NCBI GenBank assembly: GCA_965644315.1
Contig: CBFFRQ010000071.1
Coordinates: 5,438 to 69,437, forward strand
Reading direction: 5' to 3'
Origin: Caecitellus pseudoparvulus
Lineage: Eukaryota > Protista > Bigyra: Bicosoecida
DNA length: 64,000 nucleotides
In this document: one piece after another, positions 1 through 12,900 of the stretch
Layout: every line of letters starts with the position of its first letter
How positions within the stretch are numbered: position 1 is the first letter of the stretch
Made by a program: the position numbers and the translations under genes
The notes under the pieces: generated by a model
Database searches by the model: none
What the model saw: the letters and a program-made list of their open reading frames with translations, nothing else
What the model was told of the DNA's origin: nothing

Positions 1-2142
1 GAACGAGGTCGCCCCTCGTACCAATGCAAGACAACCCCGTTTCTTCACATCGTTGGCGAAGCTGGTCGATGGTCATCCGCGCTATCGAGTCCGGGTCCAG
101 ACAAGGGTCACCCTCAAGGAGAAGTCCAGACGCAAACTCCACGAGCGGGCTGTCCTCCAAACCAGATCCCGGACACTGCAACAGGCTAAGCTCCACTGGA
201 GTGCAGTTCTTGTCCAATGCCAACCTCTCTGCGATCAGAGGGAGTGTGTTGTACAAGTGCGTCGCTGCTCCCGAGGAGTGCAGCTCTTGTTCCTCGGTTC
301 CATCCTCGTGGTAGTAGTACACCTCCCACATTGCGGTGTAGGGGTGGACCAACACTGCGTAGCCTCGCTCGGGTTGTGACCCCCCGAGTACATGAGAGGT
401 TCGTTTTGCCGAAGGACCATCCCGTGAAACCACTTTCGCAGTCGTGGCATGACTTCCTGTTGTGCACTGCCTCGACTCCGTGTATGACGGGGTTGACCCG
501 GCACAGCAGATGCTGTGCCGGGCTTCTTGCTCCTCTTCTTCAAGGATGACAAGCCCCCTTGGTCCAGGTCCTGCAGCACCTCGCGATCAAGTCCATGGAG
601 CAGCGTCGTCATGGTTTGGATCTGCTCCCAAAGCTCTGACGAGGCCCCGCGAGGGGGCTGGGCTTCAACCTCAGGCGCAGATTCCCCTTGTGCATCACGC
701 ACAGCTTTGGCAACGGCCTGATAAGCCACCTTCATGGGTCGCTTGTTGCGCCGGACTTGCATCAGTCGGGGCAGGTCTTCAAATGTGCGATCTGCTGCCT
801 CCCCTAATGCACGGTCGGCCTTTACAGTGAGATGGAGCAAGCTCAACGAGTGATTCTTTCGAAGCAGCCATGACTCGCTTCGGAGGCTGCGACGAGTGTA
901 AAGCATCCGAAATGCAACAAGACCTGTGACCGCCTTGACCGTCAAGAGCAGAAGTGCCTTTTGGTCTGCGAGGAACGGCATCTGTGAGTGTCTTTCGCTC
1001 AACCTACCATTGAACGACTTGATGACGTTGTTGCAGTTCTCCACTACAAGCCTTGCGCTGCTTATCATCTCCGTTCGCAGATCCAAGCTAAGCAGCATCC
1101 CAGACGCCATGCGCAGCCTCTCGAGCTCTTCGGCATCCTCCCACCCAGCCTCAATGTGCTGGGTGATCTTGTCGGCCCACTGTTTGAGGTGGGATGGCTT
1201 GTCTCCCGCTACAATGTGCTTGTTGGAGTGCCAGTACAATGCATCTCCTAGCAGCAGATCGCCTGGCTCCATGACTCCATGGCGGCGCAGGGTTCGCACC
1301 GCGTCTGACGCCGCCGCAACTTCAGACTGTGATCCAGGCCCCATCTCAAAAATAGCCAAGGGAACTCCAGTGAGGTCTGTCACAAGCAGGAAGTCGTAAC
1401 CTGGAATCTTGTGGTGGACGTTGTAGTGGGATTGGGGTCGGCCCGGCATCGCTTGCATCGGGATGGTTACCCCATCCACTGCCCCGACAACACGGCCAAG
1501 TGCGCCGCCAAAAATCCCGTGAGACACGTCCCGCTGATCTTCGGGTATCTTGAGCATCAAATTTCTGGTGGCAACAGAGAGGACGAAGGGAATCACCTCC
1601 CGGAAGATCCCATGCATAGATCCTTCCGGCATCTTCGTAATGATCGCCAGAGCGGCAGGAGGGTGCCCACGGAGCTGGGAAATGCAAATGAAAATCCGTA
1701 CAAAGGCTGAGTGCTGCTTGGTTTGCATGTTTTTGGCCTTTACGAGAGCTCTCTGGACTTCGTCAGAGAAGTGCCTGTACATCTCTGCGTTCATCCCCGT
1801 TAACCTCCAACAGTGCCTCGGGTTCTGCAGCGTCGCTTCAATAGACTGGCGAATGACAAGTGGCTTGATCCTACGAAGCCTACCTCTGCCTTTTGCTGCT
1901 CCGAACTTCGCTTCCCGCTGATCCCTGCGGGTGTAGCCTTCGGCTCGAAGCTGGCCTGCCAAGGCATGCACCGAGTGTACAAGCAACGACTGCCCTGTGA
2001 CAAGTGAGGCCGCACCAAGGTTCATCATGTGGGCACTTGCTTCAAGAATTCCTTGAGCTATTCCGCGTGACGACCTTTCCGGGACAGCTGTGGCCGTTCG
2101 CAACGGGGCGCCGGATCGGTCTCGTTTCGTCGCCATCACCAC
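1..2142 (-). CDS. PIF/Harbinger-superfamily (DDE_Tnp_4-like) transposase, probably extending past the window start with a C-terminal SAP-like motif
   Basis: ORF 235..2142 has Harbinger-type motifs VGAVDGVTIPM, YNVHHKIPGYDFLLVTD, LLLGDALY and ISSARLVVENCNNVIK (D..D..E). Adding one base to the C6 run at 380-385 continues the frame to base 1 as ...AMWEVYYYHEDGTEEQEL...SIARMTIDQLRQRCEETGLSCIGTRGDLV. Confidence 0.8.
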
Positions 2143-2480
2143 TGGGTGAGAATTCGGCTTGGAAGAGGAAACCGGGCGAACAAATGGCGGAAGTTATGAG
2201 AAAGCTTGAGGTTGGCCATGAATTGCGTGAAATTTTTGAGCCAGCGCTTATTCTGAAAGAGGTAGACGGCCTTGGGTGATTGGCCGTTTTCTTTCGGTGC
2301 CCGTAACGCCAACGGCCAACGGCACCATCAAACAAAAAACTCAAATTTGAAGTATTTGAATTTTGGCGAAGCCCCCCCGCCGGGTCTTGTTGCGCAAAAC
2401 CTCCAAGAACGCAAAATTGCTCTAAGAATGTTGAGCATAGTGCTAGACCTTATATCAGTTTGTCCTACATTTGCCCTTAT
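1..2480 (-). mobile_element. Partial PIF/Harbinger/ISL2EU-like DNA transposon; left end outside window, right boundary approximate
   Basis: Transposase ORF, visibly lower GC than flanking host genes, AT-rich stretch at about 2330-2490. TIR/TSD cannot be confirmed because only one end is present. Confidence 0.55.
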
Positions 2481-2619
2481 TGCAGGGTTTCACGAGACCT
2501 AGCAGAAGCGTTGGCGTGGTGCGCAAGGCTTTCACCATCCCAAGCTGCCAGCGCACACACCAGCCTGTCGTGCCGGCTTGCTCACAGGGATCTAACAGAC
2601 GAGGTGCGACTACGTTTCT

Positions 2620-5600
2620 TCATTGTTCTTTGCCCCAGCGTGCCAGCTAGCGCCTGAGCTGAGCCCCAGTGAGGCTAGAGTCGAGCGCAGGAGAAGAAGC
2701 AGCTTCGTGAAAGCTGACCCAACACGCCACGCTTCTCCGGGCCGTGGCGCAACGCGTCCCGCGCCGCTGGAGGCAGCAGCGGGGCATTTGTGGGTCAACA
2801 GCGTTGCCTTCCAGGCGGTCTGCGGGAGTGGGAGCGTGCGCTGAGCAGCCACAAGGCCTGTTCGCAAGGCGGCGCGGCGCAGTTGCAGAAGCCGGCCCCA
2901 CTCGCGGTGTGATGCCACGGAACGGCCCTGCCGGCAGCATGGGCACTGCACGGAATGCTCAAATCGTGTTCCTACTTCCGTGTACAGAGCCCGTTGTGGC
3001 ATTTCTGCCGCGCTTCTTGCGCTGTGGCTGGGGCCTGTGTCGGCAGCCACCTTCCACTCAGCCCTGGCTTTGGCTGCGCTGGTGGCGATTTCTGCGCCGC
3101 CGGTGCCGCGACTTGGACGCCCTTCTCGTCTCGGCCAGCAGGTGTGGCGATGCGGGCTTGTTCCACACGGCCATGGCCACCTCGGCACAGGCTGCGAGGT
3201 CTGCCAGACGTATGGGCGTGTCCACCCCCGGCCGCACCTGGCGCTCGCCACCAGGCAACGGCTGTGCACTGAGCACTGCCAGGCGCAGGTCAGTGGGCGT
3301 GCCAGTGAGGACGACAGTGGCTCGAGTGGGGTCAGGCGGGGCGGGCCCCTCCCCAGTCCATGGAACGCGGATGGGGGCGTGGCTAGCGAGGTGCGCGGTG
3401 GAGGGGTGGGAGGGGGTCGTAGGGCGCGCGGCAGGGGTGGTGGCGGGGGCTGATGCCCCAGGCAGCGTGCTGGGAGATGCACCTGTGCCCCCCCAACTCG
3501 TGTCTAGTTTGGCAAAGGGTAAGCGCAGAGGCGTTGCTGGGGAGAGCAGCGCAGAGGGAAACCCGTGAGACGGCATCGTTGAACCACTGCTCGCGCCCCC
3601 CACAGGCGCACGCTGGGCCCCTGGGCTGCCAGACAAGGAGAGGGGCAGTGTCTGCTGTGGGTGCATGAGCAGGGGCGATGGGCTGGCGATGCCACGGGTC
3701 GTGCTTTGCGCTGTGAAGCTTGCTCGTCGTGGGCGTGCTTGCGGACTTCGAGGCAGCCCGGGCGGCTGCCGCCCCGCTGCGCTGGCGCTGACGGTGACGG
3801 TGGGCAGCAAACCCGCAGCGTCAGCGTCATACACCTGGGGGGCGTGTGTTGGGGATGTGGGCATGCGCGGGGAGGCGGGGGCGCGAGATGCCAAGCCCTG
3901 GTAAGTGGCGGCTGCCAGCCCACTCCCACCTGCTGGGCTGGAGGCGCCCAGAGGCGGCTGCAGCGGGGATGCAGGCAGGTGGGGGGTGCCGGGAGCAGAC
4001 GTGATCCAGTCACTTGCATGCTGCTGCAGCCGTGGCGTGCCGCTGGCCTGGGGCGTGCCAGTGCTGTGGCTCCCGGGAGAGCGGGGCAGGGCTCGTGATG
4101 GGGGTGGCGCCGCGTGGCTGTGCAGGCTGACGACGGGGGAAGTGGGCAGGGCGGGGCCAGGGGGGCCGCTGCGAGGGCTGCGCTGAGTAAAATGAACCTC
4201 CTGTGGCGAGCACCGGGCGCGTGCGTGTCGTGGGGCGTGCGCATGAGGACAGAATGAAGGCTGCGCCAGCGACGGCAGAAACGTACGAAGCGAGAGGAAG
4301 CAGGGGCGTTCAGTTCGCCTGCATGGGAGCCTCGGCGGCCGCCAGGCAGCTGCAAAGCCATGCTGCGTGCAGAAGACGCCACCGTGCCCGTGTCTGCCGC
4401 CCTGCTGATGCCGGTGCTGGGGTCGCCGGGGAGGAAAGCCACGCTGGAGCGGCCGCTCATGCCGCTGCTCCCGCTGCTGCCAGCGGCAGGAACGTCTGTG
4501 CGTGGGAAAGCCGCTCAGGAGCGCTTGCACGGCGAGCAGCGAGCAGCGGGAGGCAACTGCCGCTTCAGAAGCCCGGTGTGTGTGTTGGGGAAATGTATCG
4601 TGGGGCACCGCTGCTGTCGGTGGCTTTTGCAGAGCAGCAAGCGGCAGCTGGAGAGGCAGTGCGCTTGGCTGGAGGAAACGCGCCGTGGTGAGGGGTGTGA
4701 GGGGGGGGTCAGGGGGTGCGGAGGAGGGTGCACGGCGGAGGGAGCGCGCACGTGGAGTGCCTCCCAAAGGTTTGGACTTGAGCAGAGGGAGGAAAGAGCA
4801 TCTGTTTCTCGCAGTGCATTTTGCACACGACTGACGCGTACAGCGGGAGCACACATGGTGAGGCAGGGCAGGCAGACACAAACACATGACACAGACACGG
4901 AGGACGGAGCAGGGAAACGCGTGAAGACAGAGCCTTCTCAGGGGTGCCCGTCTCGCCCCCTACCCCGCTGCCGCTTGGCGCCCCTGCCCAAGAGGAAGTC
5001 TGCAGCTGCTCCCAGCACGCTGCGCCGGCGTGGTGCGTGCGCCGGGCTTGTAACTCCCGACACCACTTCCTCACGAGGGCCGGTGCTGTCGCCGCTGCTG
5101 CCAGCGGCAGCGTCAGCAATTGCCGGCAGGCCGCCTTGACTAGCTTCTCCCGAGGGCCTCCGTGGGTGCAGGCCCGGCAACTTGGGCGGCGCGAGTAGCA
5201 CAGGCGCTGCAGCGGCGGAAGGTGGTGGGAAGGCGTCGCCTTGCACGGCGGCAGGCGCCGGCCGTCGCAGCTCTGGCAGCTGTACAGGGACGAACTGCCC
5301 CCGAGCCAGTGGCATGGTTTGCACGGAACTGTCCAGCACGTCGAAGACGACGTTCGGCGTGGCGATTTCAGCCGACCCGGCGCTGTCCTGCGTCGACTCG
5401 CGCACTGTAGGCATGCAGGATTGGCGGTTTGGGCGCAGGGCAGCCAGCACATCCCGCTCCTGGTCCTCTGGCGGCGGCGAAAAGGCGCCCTGCATCATGA
5501 TGGCAGGTCCAGACGCTGCCCTGTCGCAATTTCCACCTCTAGGTGGTGTTTGGGTGGGGAAGGCTGCTGCCAAGGCGCTGGCAGGGCTGCGCGCTTCTGG

Positions 5601-6679
5601 GGAAGGCGCTGAAACGCGGCGTGCCCCTGCCATGCGAGGTGAGCGGGAGTTACCCTGGGCCCAGGGGGACAGGCTTGCCGAGCCAGGCGCGAGGGAGTGC
5701 AGCGGGTCTGCACTAGAGACGTCTGAGGACCTGTCGGTCCACTGCGCAGCGCAACGTGGGGTGCCAGGTGATGTCGACGTGCGTCGAAATCCACAGCGTC
5801 CACGCCGACGGTGCACTCGCTCACCTCGGAGAAGCTGCTGCTGGCGTGGTCTGCCAGCGTGATGGGGGCGTAGCCTGGGGCCCGGTCCCCTGTCCCTGAA
5901 GGTGTGTGTGGGAACCGCCCCTTCGGAGACAGGGTGATGGTCAGCCCGTTCACACGAGCCATGGTGCTGCTGTGCTTGGGGCGGACGAAGGAAACGCTGC
6001 GCTGCACGGCAGCCGCGCACGGCAATGAGTGTGAGTGCCGGGTGATTAGTGGGAAGCCTGCTTCATGTAGTGAGTGGTACCGCTCGACTGGTGGTGTGTG
6101 ATTTGACCTGCGATGTGGCTTTGGCGCGAGGCACGTGACAGACTGGGCCAGAGCACGCATCAGAGGGTGTCAAGAGAGCAGCCCAACTACGGCGGCGAGT
6201 TCCCGCCCTTGCCGTGGACAAGCGGTGAAAAGCGGCACATGGTACACGCGAGAGAGTCAAGCTTCACCCATGTGTCGTCCACTTCCCGCCGGGGGCTGCG
6301 TTTCCATCCCTAGGCGGCTGTGAAGCTGATGCTTGCGCTGACGCCTGCACCTCACCGAGGCATCCCGTGTGGGCCCTGCTTTCGGGGAATTGTCGGTTAC
6401 GCGGCAAGCTCGCCGCCGCCGCGCAGGTCGCGCGCACGACCGACGGAGAAAAATCAGTTCGTCTATTGCCACTGCGACAGAGTGCCCCCTGCACTTGACG
6501 CAACTGCGCAGGGAAAACATGGTTTCTTCGGGTGTCGGCTCGCACCGATACGAAGTGAAGTTCACTTGAGCACGAAGGTGACGCACGGTGCCCTCGATGT
6601 CCACAGCCCCGGACGGCAAGGGCCTGAGGTGCAGACTCCACACTGCTTTTCGCCCCGGGCTTTCTTCTGTTTGCACCAT
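2620..6679 (-). CDS. Hypothetical low-complexity (Ser/Pro/Ala-rich) protein, multi-exon; model uncertain and possibly two genes
   Basis: Successive minus-strand ORFs 6257..6679, 5495..6160, 4938..6020 and 3058..4887 with protein-like segments, and a GTGAGG donor near 6355. No recognisable domain. Confidence 0.35.
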
Positions 6680-6947
6680 CCTGCCTGGATGCAGTGCTGG
6701 CGTGTGGCACTTCCTGTGGCAAGGCCTGCCGAGTACCCGCTCAAGATCTTACAAGCAGCGCCCTCTGACAAAAAACAGAACAGGCCTCATTTCAGGGACA
6801 CGAGTGCCCGCCTGGATTGCCTGTGGTTTGCAAGCACGCCACCCTTTCTGGCGCTGCCGCTTGCACGCACCAATCGTTTGTTTTGCTGCCCGTAGCTGCG
6901 CTGAGCACACCAGCTTGACAGGTTCGGAAACGGGCGCAGGGCGTATC

Positions 6948-9900
6948 ATGGAGTGTTGTAGTGTTTTGCGTGTTGCCCAGCGCGCCGATGCTGGGTTTGC
7001 GCCCCAAGCCGTGGCGCTGCACCCGGTGCGTGGCGTTTCATGTGTGGGAGTTTCACCTGCGCAACTTGCATGCAGTCACGCCTAGCGCTGGCATGTGTGC
7101 CAGGCGCGCCTTGACATCCACCACACTTTGAATTTGCACTTTTTCTCCTCGCTCAGGGCGACGGCAGTCTGTTCCTGGCCCACGGGAACACGGTAGACCA
7201 CGTGGACACCGGCACTGGCGCTCGGCGCAGGCGGTTCGTCAGCCGCGTCGTCAGCGGCATCTGGCGCCTGGCCCTGGCCGCCAGCGACGGCGGCCAGCTC
7301 TTCCTCTGCATCATTGCGTCCAACGGCCAGTGTGAGCTGTGGGATGGCGTCCGAGGGGCATTCCTCGCCGTGACCCAGCTGGGCGCCAGCCGTAGCTCCG
7401 CCGACACGCCAGCTCCCCTCAGCCTGGTGATGGGCAGCGCCGGCCACGCCCACCCCGTCCTGCTGGTGGCGAAGGGCGGGTCCACTACCCTGGATGTCAT
7501 CGGCCCCCACCGTGTCGCGGCGAATCCCGCGAGCTCAGGTCGCATGGCCCGCCTGCGCGCCCACACGACGTCCGCGTCTGCCGGCCATATCACCGCCGCA
7601 TCAGTGCACCCGACGCTGCCCCTCGTGGCAGCTGGCACGTCAGACGGCATGGTGACGGTGTGGTTCGCCGCCTTTCTGCGGCAGGAGGTGGCGGGCGGCG
7701 AGCGTGACCCCCGCAACGTGCGGGCTGGACTCACCGCAGTGGAGTCACCCGCTGGGCCCACTGGCCGCTTTGAACCCCTGTTCGTGACCACACCCCTTGA
7801 GCAGTACCTGGCGCACCCCAAGGCCCTGAAGGTGCATTGGGCCAAGCCAGGCGTGCCGGGGACGGGGAGGGGGGTGGCCTGCGGGGGCCAGGGGGGGTGC
7901 CCAGTTCGGATGTACCCCCCCCCGCTGCCACCGCAGCCGTCACAGCGGTGCAGTGGCACCCCTCTCAGCCTGTGCTGGCAGGGGCGTGTGCGGGGGGTGC
8001 TCTGGGCGTGTGGGGCGTGGGGCTGCACGATGACGCGCACTTCACCCTGGCCGCCGCCCACATGGGCCCATGGCTGAGTCACCTGCCACCATGGGCCCAC
8101 CGCACGGCGGCCCTGGAAGCCACCCTGGACTCCTCACGCGCGTCGCCCGCCAAGGGGGGGGGCAGGGACCTCCCCCCCTGGGCGGGTGCTGGTGTCCCGG
8201 GTGACACCACCCAGCACTGCCCCGTCGCTCTCGCCTTCGGCACTGGCGGCGCAACAGGCGGCACTCTCACCATCGTCTCCGCCCCACCCATTTCAGCTCA
8301 CGGCTTCGACTGCCTCATCGCCGCCTGTGGCACTGCGCTGCTGCGGGGGGGGGTCAGCGTGGGAGGCGCCACGGCGCTGCCTCGGCACCTGCTGCATCTG
8401 CTCGCGACCGGGCACCTGTCGGCATCTGCGACCAGCTGCTCCGACCCTGCTGCAGCCGCAGCGTGGGCGTCGGCGAGGGGTGATGGGGTGGAGCGGCCAT
8501 GCGTGCCGAGCCTGCCGCGGCTGCCGGAAGTGCGGGCGTTTCTGCGAAACGCAGCAGCCGCGCTGAGCCACCTGCAGCCCCGCGCTGCCGTGCTGAGCAC
8601 GATGCACCCCTCCCTACCCCCCCTGCGAGCGGGCTTGCCACCCCCCCTGCCAGACATGCTGGCCACAGCGCTGGAAGAGGCTGTGGCGGTGGCGCTGCGG
8701 GCTGTGTCACTGGTGCAGCGGGACGGAACACTTGTGCCGGGGGCAGACGTGTCCCTGCCCGGCATGGGCTCGGCACGCGACCTGCCGACCGACCCGCGAC
8801 CCGGTGACGACCCAGTGGGGGGGGGTCGTTGGGGGGGTCGAGGGGGGGCCTATGGCCGGGCAGCTCTGCTCCGAGCCGCTGCCGCCTTGGCCCACCTCGC
8901 GGGGGACGGCGGCACAGACAGTTCGGCACGTGCGACCAGCTTTGGCGACCCGCCTGGCGCCGGCTCCGCCTCCCCCCTCGCCTCCGCCGCCACTGGCGCC
9001 GCCATCCACAGCAAAGCTGCCTGGTTGGCTGCCAGCCGCAAACCGGCCCACCACGCGCTGACGCTGCCTGCAGCCGCACGTCTGGCCCTGGCGGCTGGGG
9101 GCGCTGACTCCGGCCGAGTCAAGGGTGGGCCCACCGTGACTCCGCCCCCCGACCGTTGCTGGCGTGGGTGGAGCTGCGAGGAGCCCCCTGCCGTGGCGCG
9201 CGCCCAGTGGCTGCAGTGCAATGTGGGGGGGCACACCGCAGTGCTGGCATTTGCCGGGCAATTGCTCGTCCTGCGCCCCGCACCGTCCCTGCCCCTGCCC
9301 CTCCTCCGCCACCTATGCCCCGCACCCCCCCACTCGCATGCCCTGCTGCCGCCCCTCCCCCCCACGCCCCGCCCTGCTCCAGTGGAGCTGTGTGACACGA
9401 CCACTCCGCTGGCCGGCGCTGGTGGGCTGTTCTGCCATGCCCCCGTCGTCTCCCGCCCAGGCCCAGTGGCTACGTCTGCCGTGTCAGGGGGCTGGTGGGC
9501 TGCTCTGCCCAGCCTGTGGCCGGCACCCCCCCCGCACACCCCCCCTGCCAGCACTCCCTGGGTGGAAGCTGCGGCGCAGTGCCTGCTGCGGTGTGCAGGG
9601 GGGGGAAGCGGCGGCACCCCCCCTGTACACCCCTGGTCCGGCATCCCCGCCGCCGTGGCCGCAGTTGTATCTGCCAAGGCAGGTGCACCGGGGCATTGGC
9701 AGGCAGTCCTCGACTCACAGGCCTTTACCGACGCGGTGGGTGCGTTGGTCGCTGGCGACCCCTCCCCCGTCATGCCTGCTGGCACACCCTGGACTCCGGA
9801 GCTGGTCAAGGGGGTGCTTGAAGGGGGGGCTGCTGACGTCCTGGGCGACAGCGAGTCGCCTTCCACGCTGTACATCCAAGCGCGGTCTGTCCTGGCAGCA

Positions 9901-12900
9901 GACACCACCGGGCGCCCGGTGTTCGGGCCTGTGTTCTCAGTGCACGCGCGCCCCGTGGGAGGGCGTGAGGGTCCCGCCCCCGGACACCCCCCCCCCTCCC
10001 CCCCTCCCCGCCCTCAGGGCCCCCCTGCACCCGGTGGAGGCAGTGTGGATGGCGATGAGGCGCTGGCCGGGACAGTGTGCAAGTCGCGCCACCTGGTGTG
10101 GCTGCCTCGCGTGGGTCCGCACGGACCAATTGTTCCGGTGGCGCTGCTACCAGCGCCAGGACGCGGGCACCGCACACACCTGGTGCAATTCCGGTATGCT
10201 GGAATGGCGCCTGTAACCAGTTTGGGGGGGAGCGGGGGCGTGTTTCCATGTGCCGAGAAAGTGCTTGCGCGCGGGGCGCAGGTCGAGGGGGGGTCCATCC
10301 CTCCTCCACCCCCCCTCCCCGACGGCTCAGGCGTGCTGTCACACCACCCCTTGCAGGTGTGGTGTGTTCTGTTGCCACCCCCCCCTGACGCCCCTGATGG
10401 CCCCTGGCGGGTGGGCCCCCTCCTGCATGCCACCAGCGTCGCCTGGGCTGGGCCCGATCGCATCGCAGTCTTGAACGGCGAGTCAACTGCTTGCGTGGAG
10501 GTGGCGTGCTGGGCGCTGCAACGCCAGGCAGAGGCGCTGGCAGCACAAGTGCCGGCTGGCGTGGACCTGGCCGCACTGGGGGGAGTGACCCTCGTGCACC
10601 CGGGACGCGATGTGCTGCCGCCGCCGCCCGCATCTGCAGGGGGGCGACTCGAGATCGTGCCCCTGACTCTGCAGGCAGCAGGTGCGTGCGTGAACACGCA
10701 GTCGGTTGCATTGCGCCCTGAGTCACCAACACAGCACAGTGCAGACCTCGGCGCGGCGGTGGGGGTGGTGGAGGAGGGGGATGACCCATTCGCACTGCCT
10801 GGCGCTGGGGGCGGCGCACATGCCACATCAGCCCCCACCAGTACCTTCGGAGACGACCCCTTCGCCTCTCCAGCTCCCCCCTCCACAGGGGAGGCGCCCA
10901 GCAGCACATTTGGGGATGACCCCTTTGCGTCCCCTGCGCCAGTGGCCTCGCCAGGTGCGAACGTGACAGAGGCCGCTTCTGCTGCGAGCTCGAGCCCGGC
11001 TGGCCAACCCGAAAAGCAAAGTGAACAGGAAAGCACTGAGACTGTGCAGGTCCAGACTGCATCCGGCATGGCGTGTCTCGGGGCAGGTGTGACCCTGGCC
11101 ACAAGTGCCGTGTCGCTGCACGCCACGCCGCTGACGCAAACAAACGGAGATGGCGCCGTGCTGCTGCTGGAAACCGCCCTTGTGCGGGCAGGACAGCTGC
11201 GATCTCGCCTGCAGTTCTCAGACGGCGTCTCGCGCGCAGTGCACCCTGTCACGCCAGCGACAGCAGCACAGTTGAATGCGCGTGTGCGCTGCAGTGTCTG
11301 TAGCGTTGCGGACTTGGCAGCTGTGGGCAGCCAGAAACGAGGCGCCGCATCCGTGCTGCACACGCCCGAAACCACCACTGCAGCAGCCTCACAACCCGCC
11401 ACTCTCGCCTGGTTGGGTGCTTGTGCGGCAGCGGCGGGTGTTGCTCACGCTGGCCACTTGGTGCTGCCTGGGCCGCAGCCGAAGCAAGGCAGCGATGCAG
11501 CATCCGCGTCTGCACCTGCAGCTGCCCCTGCACAGCCGCCCCGTGCTGCGGACGGCTTTGACGATTTCTTTGGCTTGTCACCAGCGGAGACTGCGCCCTC
11601 CACACCAGCGGAAGCACCTTCCGAGGCAGCTCTGGATGCGGATGAGGATCTGCTGGGCGGCTTGGGCTTCGTGTCCCCCCCTCCACAGCCGGATGAGGGG
11701 GGAGGCGTGGACGACATCTTTGCCCAATCCCCGCGCCCGGCCGCATCAGAGCCCACACGGCACGACCTTGAATCGCACGCCAGCAGCCCCCCCCCTCCCA
11801 CACTGGACCTGCTGCCGGGCGAACGCCTCGTCAGCACTTCCTGGAGCGACTGCTCAGCTGCCCCCTGCACATTGCAGGCCGCGCGCGACGCTCTCTCGCC
11901 ACTGCTCTGCCTCGTCACGACACAACGCCTGCTGCTGTGTGCGCCAGACCTGACTGTCCTGGCATCCTGGCGGCAGCCCTGCCACGCGCCCACCTTTGTA
12001 GCGCACGGGGGAGGAGACTACGCTCAGAGGCGTGATGCGTTTCGAAACGCAGCACTGGATGCCGCGCTGCCGACGACCGTGCGGCACCTCACTGCCGCAC
12101 CGCCCCCAGGGGCAAGCATGTCCTCCTTGACACAGAGCTTGGGGCGGGGGGTGAGGCGTGTTCCGGATGCCACGTGGCAGGAACACGCCCCCCCTATCGT
12201 CGCTGCAGCTGGGCGCACAGTGGGCAGCGCAGTGCACACCGCCGGCGGCAGCCCCCTTCCCAGCCACGTCTCAAGCTTGGACGTCTCCAGCACAGCCTGG
12301 GCTGGCTCCTGTCTCCTCTTCACCACTGGCTCCGGCTTTCTGCATGCGCTACTGGTGGACGGCTCCCTGCACAGCATCGGCAGCTTGCCTGCAATGGGCG
12401 GTCCCGCAACTATTTCCCACGTGGGCCCCGACCGCATCGTCGTGTTCCAGAACACCCCTGCAGCAGGTGCACGGGAGGACTCCTCCGCCCTCGCGCAGCA
12501 AGTGACTCGTGCGTTTCACGCAGGCCCCACCCTGGCAGCTGGCGCAGCCGCTCACAGCGCCCTGCTGAAACGACCCCCGGCCCCTCTGGGCCCATCGACA
12601 CCCCTTCGGGCAGTGGGAGCGCTGCTCTACGAAGGCCATGCGTTGGCATGTGTGGTGCGTTACACCCACCCCCACGCCGCAGGGGGGGGCTCACTAGGCT
12701 CCCCCCCCTCCGGGCGCCATGCTGGGTTCAGGCCCGCGGTGGTGTCGGTTGCCGTGCTGCGCACTCTGGTGCGTTCAGGCAGCGCCGACCTTGCTGCGTT
12801 GGCGCTGGGCGGGGCACTGGGCGAGCCGCCGTCCCCGCCCAGGTCGCCGTTCTTCAGGGGCAATGTGTACAAGCCGCCGCCTGTGCCCGCCACAGGGCCT

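Noticed and set aside
2330-2490. Terminal inverted repeat and TWA target duplication of the DNA transposon
   Set aside because: Candidate ends (e.g. gccc|tta near 2473-2479) cannot be verified because the other terminus is outside the window.
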